In this document: one piece after another, positions 20,243 through 29,083 of the stretch
How positions within the stretch are numbered: position 1 is the stretch's first letter
Layout: every line of letters starts with the position of its first letter
IMG/VR virus record: IMGVR_UViG_3300033121_001789
Location: 32,001 to 96,000 of that record
Direction: 5' to 3' (one strand)
DNA: 64,000 nucleotides
Source of the DNA: a virus
Taxonomy: Duplodnaviria > Caudoviricetes
Made by a program: the position numbers and the translations under genes
The notes under the pieces: model-generated
Database searches by the model: none
What the model was told of the DNA's origin: nothing
Seen by the model: the letters and a program-made list of their open reading frames with translations, nothing else

Positions 20243-20399
20243 TAGTATTATTAATTTTTGTCTCTAATTGTTTAATTCTATGTACTACTTTTTTTATCTT
20301 ATCAAGTCTGCTGCCCTTTCCTAAGATAGATTTTATAATTTCCCTATCTATAGCAATCTCTTTTGATAATAAATCAATTAGTTCTTTCTCTGAGTCCAC
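20235..20399 (-). CDS. Small protein with gp23-like helix motif (54 aa, not in ORF track)
   Basis: GTG start; MDSEKELIDLLSKEIAIDREIIKSILG...; fills the gap between nei and thyA. Confidence 0.55.
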   Translation of the reverse strand: MDSEKELIDLLSKEIAIDREIIKSILGKGSRLDKIKKVVHRIKQLETKINNTNE

Positions 20400-21165
20400 T
20401 TTCTATCTTCCATTTTGAATCGAACCAAAATGTCCGATTATTAGAATCTTTTATTGAAGATCCTTTTTGGTAAAAAACCCATTTATCAAATTCATCAGAA
20501 TCACCATCAAATGGATTTTTCCAATCTTTTATTTGACCACCATTAAAGTTATAAGCTGTCAATGCCACATCACGACACATATCAATGATAGATTCATTTT
20601 GATTTATAGCCTCCCTACCAGATATAAAGGGATTAATATCGGCATAATAAATTATAGTACTACGAAGATAATTCCCTATTCCATTAAAATATTTCTGATT
20701 CAACAAAACCTCATAGATAGGTTTGTCAAAATCTTTATTTTTCAAATTTTTTAATATATTAGACTTAAAATTATCAAAATCATCTACTGGATCAGGTCCT
20801 CTTTTTGTACCCTTAAAAGGATATTGTACCGAGTATTTTGGACCCATATAACCACCATATAAAAGAAGTGAATTTCCAGTTTCATCATCTATTCTTAATC
20901 TAACAAACTTAGTACGACTCCATTCATCGGTAGAAACATATGTCCAATTACCACTCATTCCCATAAAAACATAAATTGATAAACTATCAAGATTAAGTAT
21001 CAATTCCTTACCAATAGACTTTGAATTAATTCTAAAATTACACAAATTATCAAACTCTTGTGGGATATTACCCTTTTTGACATGAAAGGCTTTTGTAAAT
21101 TTTTTGTCTTTGGAACAATGATTTATAAATTTAGACATGATCCGAAGTTCAGGTAATTCTGGCAT
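20374..21165 (-). CDS. Fpg/Nei DNA glycosylase, zincless-finger (NEIL1-like) type
   Basis: N-terminal MPELPE, GMSG, H2TH LLNQKYFNGIGNYLR, C-terminal DSNNRTFWF without Cys. Confidence 0.88.
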   Translation of the reverse strand: MPELPELRIMSKFINHCSKDKKFTKAFHVKKGNIPQEFDNLCNFRINSKSIGKELILNLDSLSIYVFMGMSGNWTYVSTDEWSRTKFVRLRIDDETGNSLLLYGGYMGPKYSVQYPFKGTKRGPDPVDDFDNFKSNILKNLKNKDFDKPIYEVLLNQKYFNGIGNYLRSTIIYYADINPFISGREAINQNESIIDMCRDVALTAYNFNGGQIKDWKNPFDGDSDEFDKWVFYQKGSSIKDSNNRTFWFDSKWKIESGLRERTN

Positions 21166-21195
21166 GTATATTATAATTAAATTGAAATAGTAAGT

Positions 21196-21501
21196 TTATA
21201 AAAGAATATCAATGACAATGTCTCTTTTTATTTGGACATCTATTGGATAGAATTTTTCTATCTCTGTGATAATTTCTACTTCTTGTAAGGTATTTAATTT
21301 ATGTGAAGCATAAATATATTTTTCTGATGCAAAACAAAAATCAACATAATAAACATCCTTTGGATGTTTCAATAAATTTGGATTTGACCATTGCTTGGGT
21401 ATGACATCTATAATTAACTGATTGTATATAAATCGGTTTTTATTTTCTGATAGTGAAAATCCGAGCTTAAATAGTATATTAAATAACTTACTCTTCTCCA
21501 T
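21196..21501 (-). CDS. Hypothetical protein with C-terminal KRDIVIDILL motif
   Basis: 101 aa ORF. Confidence 0.6.
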   Translation of the reverse strand: MEKSKLFNILFKLGFSLSENKNRFIYNQLIIDVIPKQWSNPNLLKHPKDVYYVDFCFASEKYIYASHKLNTLQEVEIITEIEKFYPIDVQIKRDIVIDILL

Positions 21502-21835
21502 GTATAATACACAATTTGTTGATTATTCTATTATTAATACCCCAATACTGATTATTATCAGATTTCGGACAAGAGCATTTTGGTATATTATACCAATCAT
21601 GTTTGGTTGAATCCAACTTAAATCCCCAAAGTCTCTGCAATTGATAATTTATTTGTGTAATAATATTAGAATAGTTTCTAAGTTGCGTCTTATCATCTGT
21701 TACTTCCATTATATCATAAAAACAACATCGAATTTTTTGTAACTTTTCTATCTTTAACCTAGTATTAATATCAATCCCTTTCGCCCTTAAAAGAGATTGA
21801 TTAATACCATTATATTTATGTTTTCCAAAAATCAT
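21488..21835 (-). CDS. Hypothetical phage protein with CxCP...CxxHG metal-binding motif
   Basis: LQRLWGF...H.W...PKCSCPKSDN...CIIHG. Confidence 0.65.
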   Translation of the reverse strand: MIFGKHKYNGINQSLLRAKGIDINTRLKIEKLQKIRCCFYDIMEVTDDKTQLRNYSNIITQINYQLQRLWGFKLDSTKHDWYNIPKCSCPKSDNNQYWGINNRIINKLCIIHGEE

Positions 21836-22356
21836 ATTGAGAAGTCTATAATTTCATGTTCATCAATAGGCTTTCTATTTTCATTAGAAATTAAGTTAAA
21901 TCTCTTACACTGATCTAAAATATATTTAGAGTGATCTAAATATTTTTCATTTACATATCCTAAGGTTAAGTGTAAACCAAAATAAGGATCTCTACTTAAA
22001 CCCATAGCCTCTCTGATATTTTCACTATCTGGAGAGTGTGCTCTTAACCACCAATGTTGGCCATTAGATCTTGGTTCAATTTCTAAATAAAAATCGATTT
22101 CTTTATTATTGAAAACTTTAGCAGCTTGACTAAAAACATCCTTATCAAGTCTATCATTAATAAATGTTATGTGAGTTCTTCTTAAATTTTTATTTAACTC
22201 TAAATTAAATCTCTTCTTTAAGAACCAAGCATAATACCTATCAAGATCGCAATCGGTTTTAATAATGGCAACTCTCTTCCAAACAGATTGAGATCTATGT
22301 TTCCTGGTTTTATCCTCAGGACTAAATTCTAATATGCCTCTATATTTAATTAACAT
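21832..22356 (-). CDS. 2H phosphoesterase superfamily protein
   Basis: Two HxT motifs (HITF, HLTL) about 65 aa apart; likely ATG 22356. Confidence 0.7.
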   Translation of the reverse strand: MLIKYRGILEFSPEDKTRKHRSQSVWKRVAIIKTDCDLDRYYAWFLKKRFNLELNKNLRRTHITFINDRLDKDVFSQAAKVFNNKEIDFYLEIEPRSNGQHWWLRAHSPDSENIREAMGLSRDPYFGLHLTLGYVNEKYLDHSKYILDQCKRFNLISNENRKPIDEHEIIDFSI

Positions 22357-22423
22357 TTGAGTGTAAAAATACAAAAAAATCGAAAAAAATCAAAAGAAAA
22401 ACAGATTTTAATATATATAGCTA

Positions 22424-22816
22424 ATGATACTAATAATAATTTTATCTTATATTTTTTGGATTCTTTATTCCTTTATTGAGGGTATTCGAGAAGCAAATCT
22501 TAGAAAAAACGCACCGAAATCTGAGGTAAAACTCAAAATGTATAATCTACAAAGAATTGGTGTATTGTTGATGGTATCAATACTATTATATTTCAAAATA
22601 AAATTTTTGGCTATATTAGTATTTACATCTATGTTGTTAACATTTCCATATATACATAACGGAACATATTTTTCAACAAGAAATAGACTATCTCCAATAG
22701 AAGGATTTTGTAAAGATAGTGATGATGAAAAACTATCAATACATTTTAATTATAAAATAAGATCAAGATTGATAATAATCGGAATTGCATTAATTATTCT
22801 ATCATGTTTTATATAA
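22424..22816 (+). CDS. Small membrane protein
   Basis: 3-4 hydrophobic segments; TTAATATATA at 22408-22417. Confidence 0.65.
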   Translation: MILIIILSYIFWILYSFIEGIREANLRKNAPKSEVKLKMYNLQRIGVLLMVSILLYFKIKFLAILVFTSMLLTFPYIHNGTYFSTRNRLSPIEGFCKDSDDEKLSIHFNYKIRSRLIIIGIALIILSCFI

Positions 22817-22831
22817 AAAATAATAATAATT

Positions 22832-23011
22832 ATGGGCGACTTAATTAAAAAAACTACTTTGTCTGATGAGGAAATTTCCTTACTAAGAGAAAAATTTCTG
22901 GTTGAATATTCTAAGAAAAAAGGATGGAATCCTAAAGAATTATCAACAACACAAATGTTAGAAATAGCTACTCAGAAAGAGTACAAAAATCCAGGTTTAA
23001 TATTAGGATAA
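22832..23011 (+). CDS. Hypothetical protein (59 aa, not in ORF track)
   Basis: MGDLIKKTTLSDEEISLLREKFLVEYSKKKGWNPKEL...PGLILG; fills intergenic gap. Confidence 0.6.
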   Translation: MGDLIKKTTLSDEEISLLREKFLVEYSKKKGWNPKELSTTQMLEIATQKEYKNPGLILG

Positions 23012-24043
23012 TCTAAAAATTAGATCTAGATCTGATACCGGTATATTTTCTAATTCCTCAATAAGGTACATTAAATCTTCTCTATCTCCTAAATGTTCTG
23101 AAATGCCATCATGTTCAACTATACAGGTTTTACCATCCCACTTAATGCCTGTTAGATTGTAATAGCAATCCTGTCTTAGGATCCAAGAATAAATAAAAGA
23201 TCTTTCCTCCAAAAGTCTCTCATGTGAAAGTTTTGCCTTCCATTTTTCCTCTCCTATCCAAACATTTATTGTTGATGATTCAGGTGAATCATATGATACC
23301 TTATATCTATCATAATCATATTTAATATGCGGATCTCTCATAATAGGAAGAGAATTCCAATCGACTTTAACCACCGCTTCACAAAGTTGTGATAAAAATA
23401 AAATATCTTGCTTTTCACAAAATTGATGTTCGTTAAAATAACCAACAGATATATTTGTACACTCTGGGATAACTTCCATAAATGATGCGGAATCTGTAAA
23501 AACTCCTGTGCTATCCGGACGATAGTCAAATGATAAATTAGCTTTATTCAAAGATTTTGATAATTCCTTAGCGAATTCATCTGAGCAGCAAGGACCATAT
23601 AATTGTTCAGTTATAACCGAATTATAACCTCGTCTATCAAAAGAGACACACTTATTATACCCCATAAAAAATGGGGAATCCGCAACAGCAGAGGACCCAA
23701 GACCACCTACTTCTTCACCAAGGAAGAAATAATAAAGACCTGGTACTTTATTATGAATCATATAAAGCATGATCGTTACACCAGCTTTATCATCAGCTCC
23801 TAATATTGTTTTACCATCTGTTTTAATGAAACGACTTCCAATATGGTGTTTAACTTTCTCAAATTTAGTACAACAAGTATCTAAATGTGATGTAAATAAT
23901 GTATCACTATCTCCAATTTTTAAATAGTAATTTCCAAAATCATCCTCTCTTATCCCCTTAGGGAGTAAATCTTTGAGTTTATACTCAGTTTCATACGGAT
24001 ATGTATATTTTGTAAGTTGTAAGAATGTTTCTCGTATATTCAT
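23003..24043 (-). CDS. M28/M20-like zinc peptidase, paralog 1
   Basis: SHLDT, GADDKAG, GEE, FDRR, TDSA, TNISVGYFNEH. Confidence 0.85.
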   Translation of the reverse strand: MNIRETFLQLTKYTYPYETEYKLKDLLPKGIREDDFGNYYLKIGDSDTLFTSHLDTCCTKFEKVKHHIGSRFIKTDGKTILGADDKAGVTIMLYMIHNKVPGLYYFFLGEEVGGLGSSAVADSPFFMGYNKCVSFDRRGYNSVITEQLYGPCCSDEFAKELSKSLNKANLSFDYRPDSTGVFTDSASFMEVIPECTNISVGYFNEHQFCEKQDILFLSQLCEAVVKVDWNSLPIMRDPHIKYDYDRYKVSYDSPESSTINVWIGEEKWKAKLSHERLLEERSFIYSWILRQDCYYNLTGIKWDGKTCIVEHDGISEHLGDREDLMYLIEELENIPVSDLDLIFRLS

Positions 24044-24046
24044 ACA

Positions 24047-24054
24047 CAAATATA
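24047..24054 (-). promoter_or_regulatory. Bacteroidota-type -7 promoter element TAnnTTTG (also 38039-38046 and 43951-43958)
   Basis: TATATTTG or TATCTTTG a few nt upstream of gene or tmRNA starts. Confidence 0.55.
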
Positions 24055-24060
24055 CGAAAT

Positions 24061-24603
24061 TTAATTAATATTTCCTAATAAATTGTCTAATTTAAAATCC
24101 CTAATATATTGTGTTTTAAGAGATTCTAAGTCGGTTTCCCAACCATCTACTAATGACTTAATCATATAATTTTTATTGGATAAAAAGTTACCATCAGTAA
24201 TAATAGTATCAAATTGATATATTGTATCGAATCTACAAGTAGCATCAAATACTCTACCCTTTTTTAAAAATCCATCTCTTTTCTCACGAATAAAATAATC
24301 ATGAGTATCTTCAATAATAAATATTATATCAATATTTGGCACAATTTTTCTAATTTCCCTTAAATACCATTTAACGTCGTATGGGTAGATAATTGCGATA
24401 ATGTCAATATTATAAAGATGATCTTTTATTTCATCCAACACCTTATTAATTTGAATGTTTTTTGTAACTCCGATATCTTTTCCGATACCAAGTATATTCT
24501 TGCCTAAAAGTTCTTGAAAATCAAGAACTCTTTTTATGCCGTATATAGAAGAGGCATCAGTTTTTACAAAAAGATTATTAGATTTGAGTTTTATCACAAA
24601 CAA
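24061..24603 (-). CDS. Hypothetical protein with C-terminal IRDFKLDNLL motif
   Basis: 180 aa ORF. Confidence 0.6.
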   Translation of the reverse strand: MFVIKLKSNNLFVKTDASSIYGIKRVLDFQELLGKNILGIGKDIGVTKNIQINKVLDEIKDHLYNIDIIAIIYPYDVKWYLREIRKIVPNIDIIFIIEDTHDYFIREKRDGFLKKGRVFDATCRFDTIYQFDTIITDGNFLSNKNYMIKSLVDGWETDLESLKTQYIRDFKLDNLLGNIN

Positions 24604-24642
24604 AAGTTTATTATATAAATATAATTAAAAAAAAATTATAAG

Positions 24643-25407
24643 TTGTCAAGTTCATACATATTTAGTTTCATAATAGCCTATCGACATAAATCAGATAGAA
24701 TCACAAATCTTAAAAGAGTAATTGATTGGGTACTTGGTTTCAACGGTGTTGAATTAATAATTGTTGAGCAAGACTCTTCACCAAAACTTCCCCCATTTTC
24801 ACTTAGAGGATTTAAATATATTTTCACTAAATCAAATTTGCCATTTAATAAATCTTGGGCATTTAATGTAGGAACTAAACATGCAACAACAAATGCTATC
24901 ATATTCGGAGATTCTGATTTAATAATGGATCCGAATGAATTTATTGGTTGCTTAAAATTACTCGAAAATTATGAATCTGTCAATCCTTATAGTAAGGTAA
25001 TTGATTTATTAGTTCAGGAAAATGGACTCACAATAGATCAACTAAAATCTATAAATAGACCAGGAAGGGGAGAAACAGACATACAAAAAACCCCAATAGC
25101 AGGAGGTATAATCATGTTTAGAAAAGATGCCTTAATAAAAATTGGCGGATGGTCTGAAGACTTTATTGGTTGGGGAGGAGAAGATAATTACCAATCACAC
25201 AAAATAAAACAACTATTAAATTGGACTGAGATGCCAAACAGATGTTACCATTTATATCATGAAAAAGTTAGACCTGATAATCTGTTTTATCAAAGGAATT
25301 TACAACTACTAAACAAACTAATTAATTTCCCAATAGAGGAGACAAAAAAGTATATTAATTCATCAGCTCCAAAAAATGGAATGAAGAATAAATATCACGA
25401 TAAATAA
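24643..25407 (+). CDS. GT-A glycosyltransferase (GT2/GT7 galactosyltransferase-like)
   Basis: IIVEQ, FNKSWAFNVG, DxD (DSD), GGWSEDFIGWGGED, HLYH. Confidence 0.85.
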   Translation: MSSSYIFSFIIAYRHKSDRITNLKRVIDWVLGFNGVELIIVEQDSSPKLPPFSLRGFKYIFTKSNLPFNKSWAFNVGTKHATTNAIIFGDSDLIMDPNEFIGCLKLLENYESVNPYSKVIDLLVQENGLTIDQLKSINRPGRGETDIQKTPIAGGIIMFRKDALIKIGGWSEDFIGWGGEDNYQSHKIKQLLNWTEMPNRCYHLYHEKVRPDNLFYQRNLQLLNKLINFPIEETKKYINSSAPKNGMKNKYHDK

Positions 25408-25944
25408 TTAAACAGGAATTCTAACCTTATTATATTTTATCAATAATCGATACATTTTCTCAAATTCGGATTCTGGATCAGTAATTTTTCTTTCTATCCA
25501 CTTATTATTATTAAATGTCTCAACTATCATGCCCTCCTTAAAATCCTCTTTCTTTTTTGGGAAAAAATATAATTGTTTTTCAATAAATGAAAAGGATGTT
25601 CCCTCATAAATATATGATTTATTATCGAAATCAGTATTATAGAACAAAACCCCAAGTGGATGTTCTCCACCATTTCCGTATATCCTCTTAGGAGACGATT
25701 CTTCAGAATATTTAATAATAAGAGATTCTTGTCCAAAATTTTCTATTAGATGCATAGCATCTTTTCGTATTTCATCATTAGATAATTTTGTAAATGCAAT
25801 AAAGGAATTTTCAAAAACCCCCTTGTGAAAAGATTTCATATCAATTAAGTAATAATCTCTAGAATATAAATATGATGTAATTCCAGAAATATTATCTGAA
25901 GAAGATATAATGTAAGATAGTTTCGGATCTTTTAAATTTAACAT
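25408..25944 (-). CDS. Hypothetical protein
   Basis: 178 aa ORF; TTAATATATA on the minus strand at 25950-25959. Confidence 0.65.
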   Translation of the reverse strand: MLNLKDPKLSYIISSSDNISGITSYLYSRDYYLIDMKSFHKGVFENSFIAFTKLSNDEIRKDAMHLIENFGQESLIIKYSEESSPKRIYGNGGEHPLGVLFYNTDFDNKSYIYEGTSFSFIEKQLYFFPKKKEDFKEGMIVETFNNNKWIERKITDPESEFEKMYRLLIKYNKVRIPV

Positions 25945-25982
25945 TTGTTTATATATTAAAATTGATTATTTCAATAAAATAT

Positions 25983-25992
25983 TTAATATATA
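25983..25992 (+). promoter_or_regulatory. Putative phage late promoter TTAATATATA (representative of 15 or more copies)
   Basis: Same 10-mer just upstream of starts at 12107, 16017, 22408, 41153, 42321, 51033, 59082 (+) and 4182, 25950, 43963, 45797, 46196, 53930, 58085 (-); palindromic copy at 34222-34241. Confidence 0.7.
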
Positions 25993-25996
25993 AGAA

Positions 25997-28900
25997 ATGA
26001 AAAACCTCAGACTATTTGAAGAAATGGATACGGAAATAGGGGCAGAAAAGCCAAAACAAAAAAATTCCGAGAAAACAAAGACTCCAATTTTAGATGCTAT
26101 TGGAAAAGATTTAACAAAATTAGCGGCTGAAGAAAAATTAGAGCCAGTACAAGGGAGAGAAGAAGAGATTCAAGAAGTACTTCTAATATTAGGTAGGAAA
26201 ACAAAAAATAATCCAGTTATAATTGGTGAGCCAGGAGTTGGTAAAACTGCCATAGTTGAGGGAATTGCTCAAATGATAGCTAGCAAAAAGTGTCCTCGTG
26301 CAATTCAAGGCAAAAGGATTATATACGTTGATATGGGATCTTTAATTGCTGGAGCTTCTAAACAAGGTGAATTTGAAATGCGTATTAAATCGCTGTTAGA
26401 GGAATTAGAAAAAAATAAAGATATACTATTATTTATAGATGAAATTCATATGATGGTCAATCCAAATATGTCAATTGATGCTGCAAACATGTTTAAACCA
26501 GCTTTGGCTCGTGGTGATATGAGATTGATTGGAGCTACAACTCTAAATGAATTTAGAAATTCAATTGAGAAAGATGGTGCACTTGACAGGAGATTTCAAA
26601 AAGTTATTATTGAAGAACCAACAAATGAACAAACATTAGCAATTTTAAATCGAATTAAAAGTAGATATGAAGACTATCATTTAGTTAAATATACTGATGA
26701 CGCAATACTAGCATGTGTTAAATTAAGTGGGAAATACATAACTGATAGATTTTTTCCAGATAAGGCTATCGATTTAATGGATGAGGTTGGATCTAAAGCT
26801 AGATTATTAGCTCCGGACAATGAGCCTGAGGAAATAGTTAAGTTGGCAAAAAAAGTTGACGAATTAAAAGCTGAGATCATGGTAAAGACAAAGGCTCAGG
26901 ATTACCAAAAAGCTGTAGAATTAAGACAAGTTGAAAAAAGACTATCTGAAGAATTAGCAGATAAAAGAAGTAAATTAGATATACCAAAGGTCGAAGTAAA
27001 TAAAAATGATGTTGCCAAAATAATATCTAAAAAAATAGGAGTACCAGCTGAGAAAATAACATCTGATGAAGGAGAAAAACTTCTAAAAATGGAAGATGAT
27101 TTAAAATTACAAATAATAGGACAAGATGAAGCGGTTTCCAAAATATCTAAATGCATTCGTAGAAGTCGAGCTGGACTAAGAGACCCAAAAAAACCAGCAG
27201 TATTTTTATTCTTAGGATCAACAGGGACAGGTAAATGTCATGGAAGAGGGACAAAAATACTAATGTATGATGGATCTATTAAAAATGTTGAAGATATTAA
27301 AGTAGGAGATCAATTAATGGGTGACGATTCTAAACCTAGAAATGTTCTTTCATTAGCCACAGGCAAAGACAATATTTACAAGATAAAATATAAATCTGGT
27401 AGCTTTACTTGCAATTCTGAACATATTTTATCACTAAAAGAAACTGGAAAATATAACATAATCAATATACCATTAAATGAATATTTGAAAAAAAATAAAA
27501 CATTTAAACACACACACAAATTATGGAGCACTAAAGTTGAATTTGAAGAATCAAAAATAACAATTGATCCTTATATGATCGGACTTTGGCTAGGAGATGG
27601 TGATAAAAATAGAGTTTCTATAACAACTGCTGATTCTGAGATAGTGAACTATTTGGAAAATACAGCTAAAAATTATAACCTAAAAGTTTATAAAAACAAT
27701 TTGAAAAATAACAAGAGTGATGTATATTGTCTAACTGGAGAAAACTGGACAAACAATAAAAATGAATTACTAAATGAATTTAGGAATTATGGACTAATAG
27801 ACAAAAATAAAAATTATACCAAATTCATACCCGATATTTATCTACATAATTCAATAGAAAATAGGAAAAAATTGTTATCTGGACTAATTGATAGTGATGG
27901 ATATATTTCCAACAATTGTTATCTAATAACCACAAAATATAGTGAACTAGCTGATCAAATAGTTTATCTATGCAAATCTCTTGGATATATGGCAACAAAG
28001 TCAAAAAAAGATGTTAAGAAATATCCAAAAAATACTTATTATAATATAAACATATCTGGAGATTTTGATTTAAATTCTTATATTCTTTTAGATAGGAAAA
28101 AACACAAATCAAGAAATCAAAAAAAGAATGTTAATTTATTCTCCTTTGATGTAGAACATATCGGATATGATGACTACTTTGGATTTGAATTAGATGGCAA
28201 TCATCTATATTTGTTGCAAGATTTTGTTGTAACACATAATACACATACCGTAAAAACATTAGCTAAATATTTATTTGGATCTGAAGATGCGATGATAAGA
28301 TTTGATATGAGTGAGTATGGAGAGAAACATAATGTTTCGAGATTAATTGGCTCCCCTCCAGGATATGTAGGATATGGTGAAGGAGGACAACTAACCGAGA
28401 AAGTTAGAAGAAAGCCATATTGTATAATATTATTAGATGAGTTAGAAAAAGCTCACCCAGAAGTATTAAATGTATTACTACAAGTTTTTGATGATGGACA
28501 ATTAACTGATGGACAAGGAAGAAAAGTTAATTTCAAAAATACTATTATAATAATGACATCCAATATAGGAAGTTCGGCAGTCAAAGATATGAGAATGCCA
28601 ATGGGGTTCAATGCATCGAAAATTTCTAGAAACGATAATATGAAAGATCTAATCAAAAAAGAATTAAAGAAAAAATTAGCTCCAGAATTTATTAATAGAA
28701 TCGATGATATAATTATATTCTCACAATTACCTAAAGAAAGTATATACAAAATTATTGATATTGAAATAAATAAATTATCAAAAAGAGTTGAAGAAATGGG
28801 TTATCATATCAGTATAACTGACAATGTTAGAAAATTAATAATGGATAATGGTTATGATGAGGAAATGGGGGCTAGACCGCTTAAAAGAGCTATTGAAACA

Positions 28901-29083
28901 CTAATAGAAGATCCTATATCTGAAGAAATTTTAAGAGGTGCTATAAAAGATGCCATAAATGTTGACTACGATCCACAAACTAAAAATTTAAGTATTAATG
29001 GGAATGTTATTAAAGAATCTTTAAAATTTATAAAGAAATTCAGAATGATAATTGAGAAAAAATTTCAGAAATTTAAATACTAA
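25997..29083 (+). CDS. ClpC/ClpB-family double AAA+ ATPase lacking the N-domain, intein-containing
   Basis: GEPGVGKT, FIDEIH, GATT..E, ALDRRF, short M-domain, GSTGTGK|T, DMSEY, GSPPGYVGY, LLDELEKAH, MGF loop, GARPL. Confidence 0.93.
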   Translation: MKNLRLFEEMDTEIGAEKPKQKNSEKTKTPILDAIGKDLTKLAAEEKLEPVQGREEEIQEVLLILGRKTKNNPVIIGEPGVGKTAIVEGIAQMIASKKCPRAIQGKRIIYVDMGSLIAGASKQGEFEMRIKSLLEELEKNKDILLFIDEIHMMVNPNMSIDAANMFKPALARGDMRLIGATTLNEFRNSIEKDGALDRRFQKVIIEEPTNEQTLAILNRIKSRYEDYHLVKYTDDAILACVKLSGKYITDRFFPDKAIDLMDEVGSKARLLAPDNEPEEIVKLAKKVDELKAEIMVKTKAQDYQKAVELRQVEKRLSEELADKRSKLDIPKVEVNKNDVAKIISKKIGVPAEKITSDEGEKLLKMEDDLKLQIIGQDEAVSKISKCIRRSRAGLRDPKKPAVFLFLGSTGTGKCHGRGTKILMYDGSIKNVEDIKVGDQLMGDDSKPRNVLSLATGKDNIYKIKYKSGSFTCNSEHILSLKETGKYNIINIPLNEYLKKNKTFKHTHKLWSTKVEFEESKITIDPYMIGLWLGDGDKNRVSITTADSEIVNYLENTAKNYNLKVYKNNLKNNKSDVYCLTGENWTNNKNELLNEFRNYGLIDKNKNYTKFIPDIYLHNSIENRKKLLSGLIDSDGYISNNCYLITTKYSELADQIVYLCKSLGYMATKSKKDVKKYPKNTYYNINISGDFDLNSYILLDRKKHKSRNQKKNVNLFSFDVEHIGYDDYFGFELDGNHLYLLQDFVVTHNTHTVKTLAKYLFGSEDAMIRFDMSEYGEKHNVSRLIGSPPGYVGYGEGGQLTEKVRRKPYCIILLDELEKAHPEVLNVLLQVFDDGQLTDGQGRKVNFKNTIIIMTSNIGSSAVKDMRMPMGFNASKISRNDNMKDLIKKELKKKLAPEFINRIDDIIIFSQLPKESIYKIIDIEINKLSKRVEEMGYHISITDNVRKLIMDNGYDEEMGARPLKRAIETLIEDPISEEILRGAIKDAINVDYDPQTKNLSINGNVIKESLKFIKKFRMIIEKKFQKFKY
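27236..28240 (+). mobile_element. Intein (335 aa) with LAGLIDADG endonuclease in NBD2 Walker A
   Basis: Starts CHGRGT after GTGK; ends VTHN before Thr+1; blocks IGLWLGDG and LSGLIDSDG. Confidence 0.93.
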
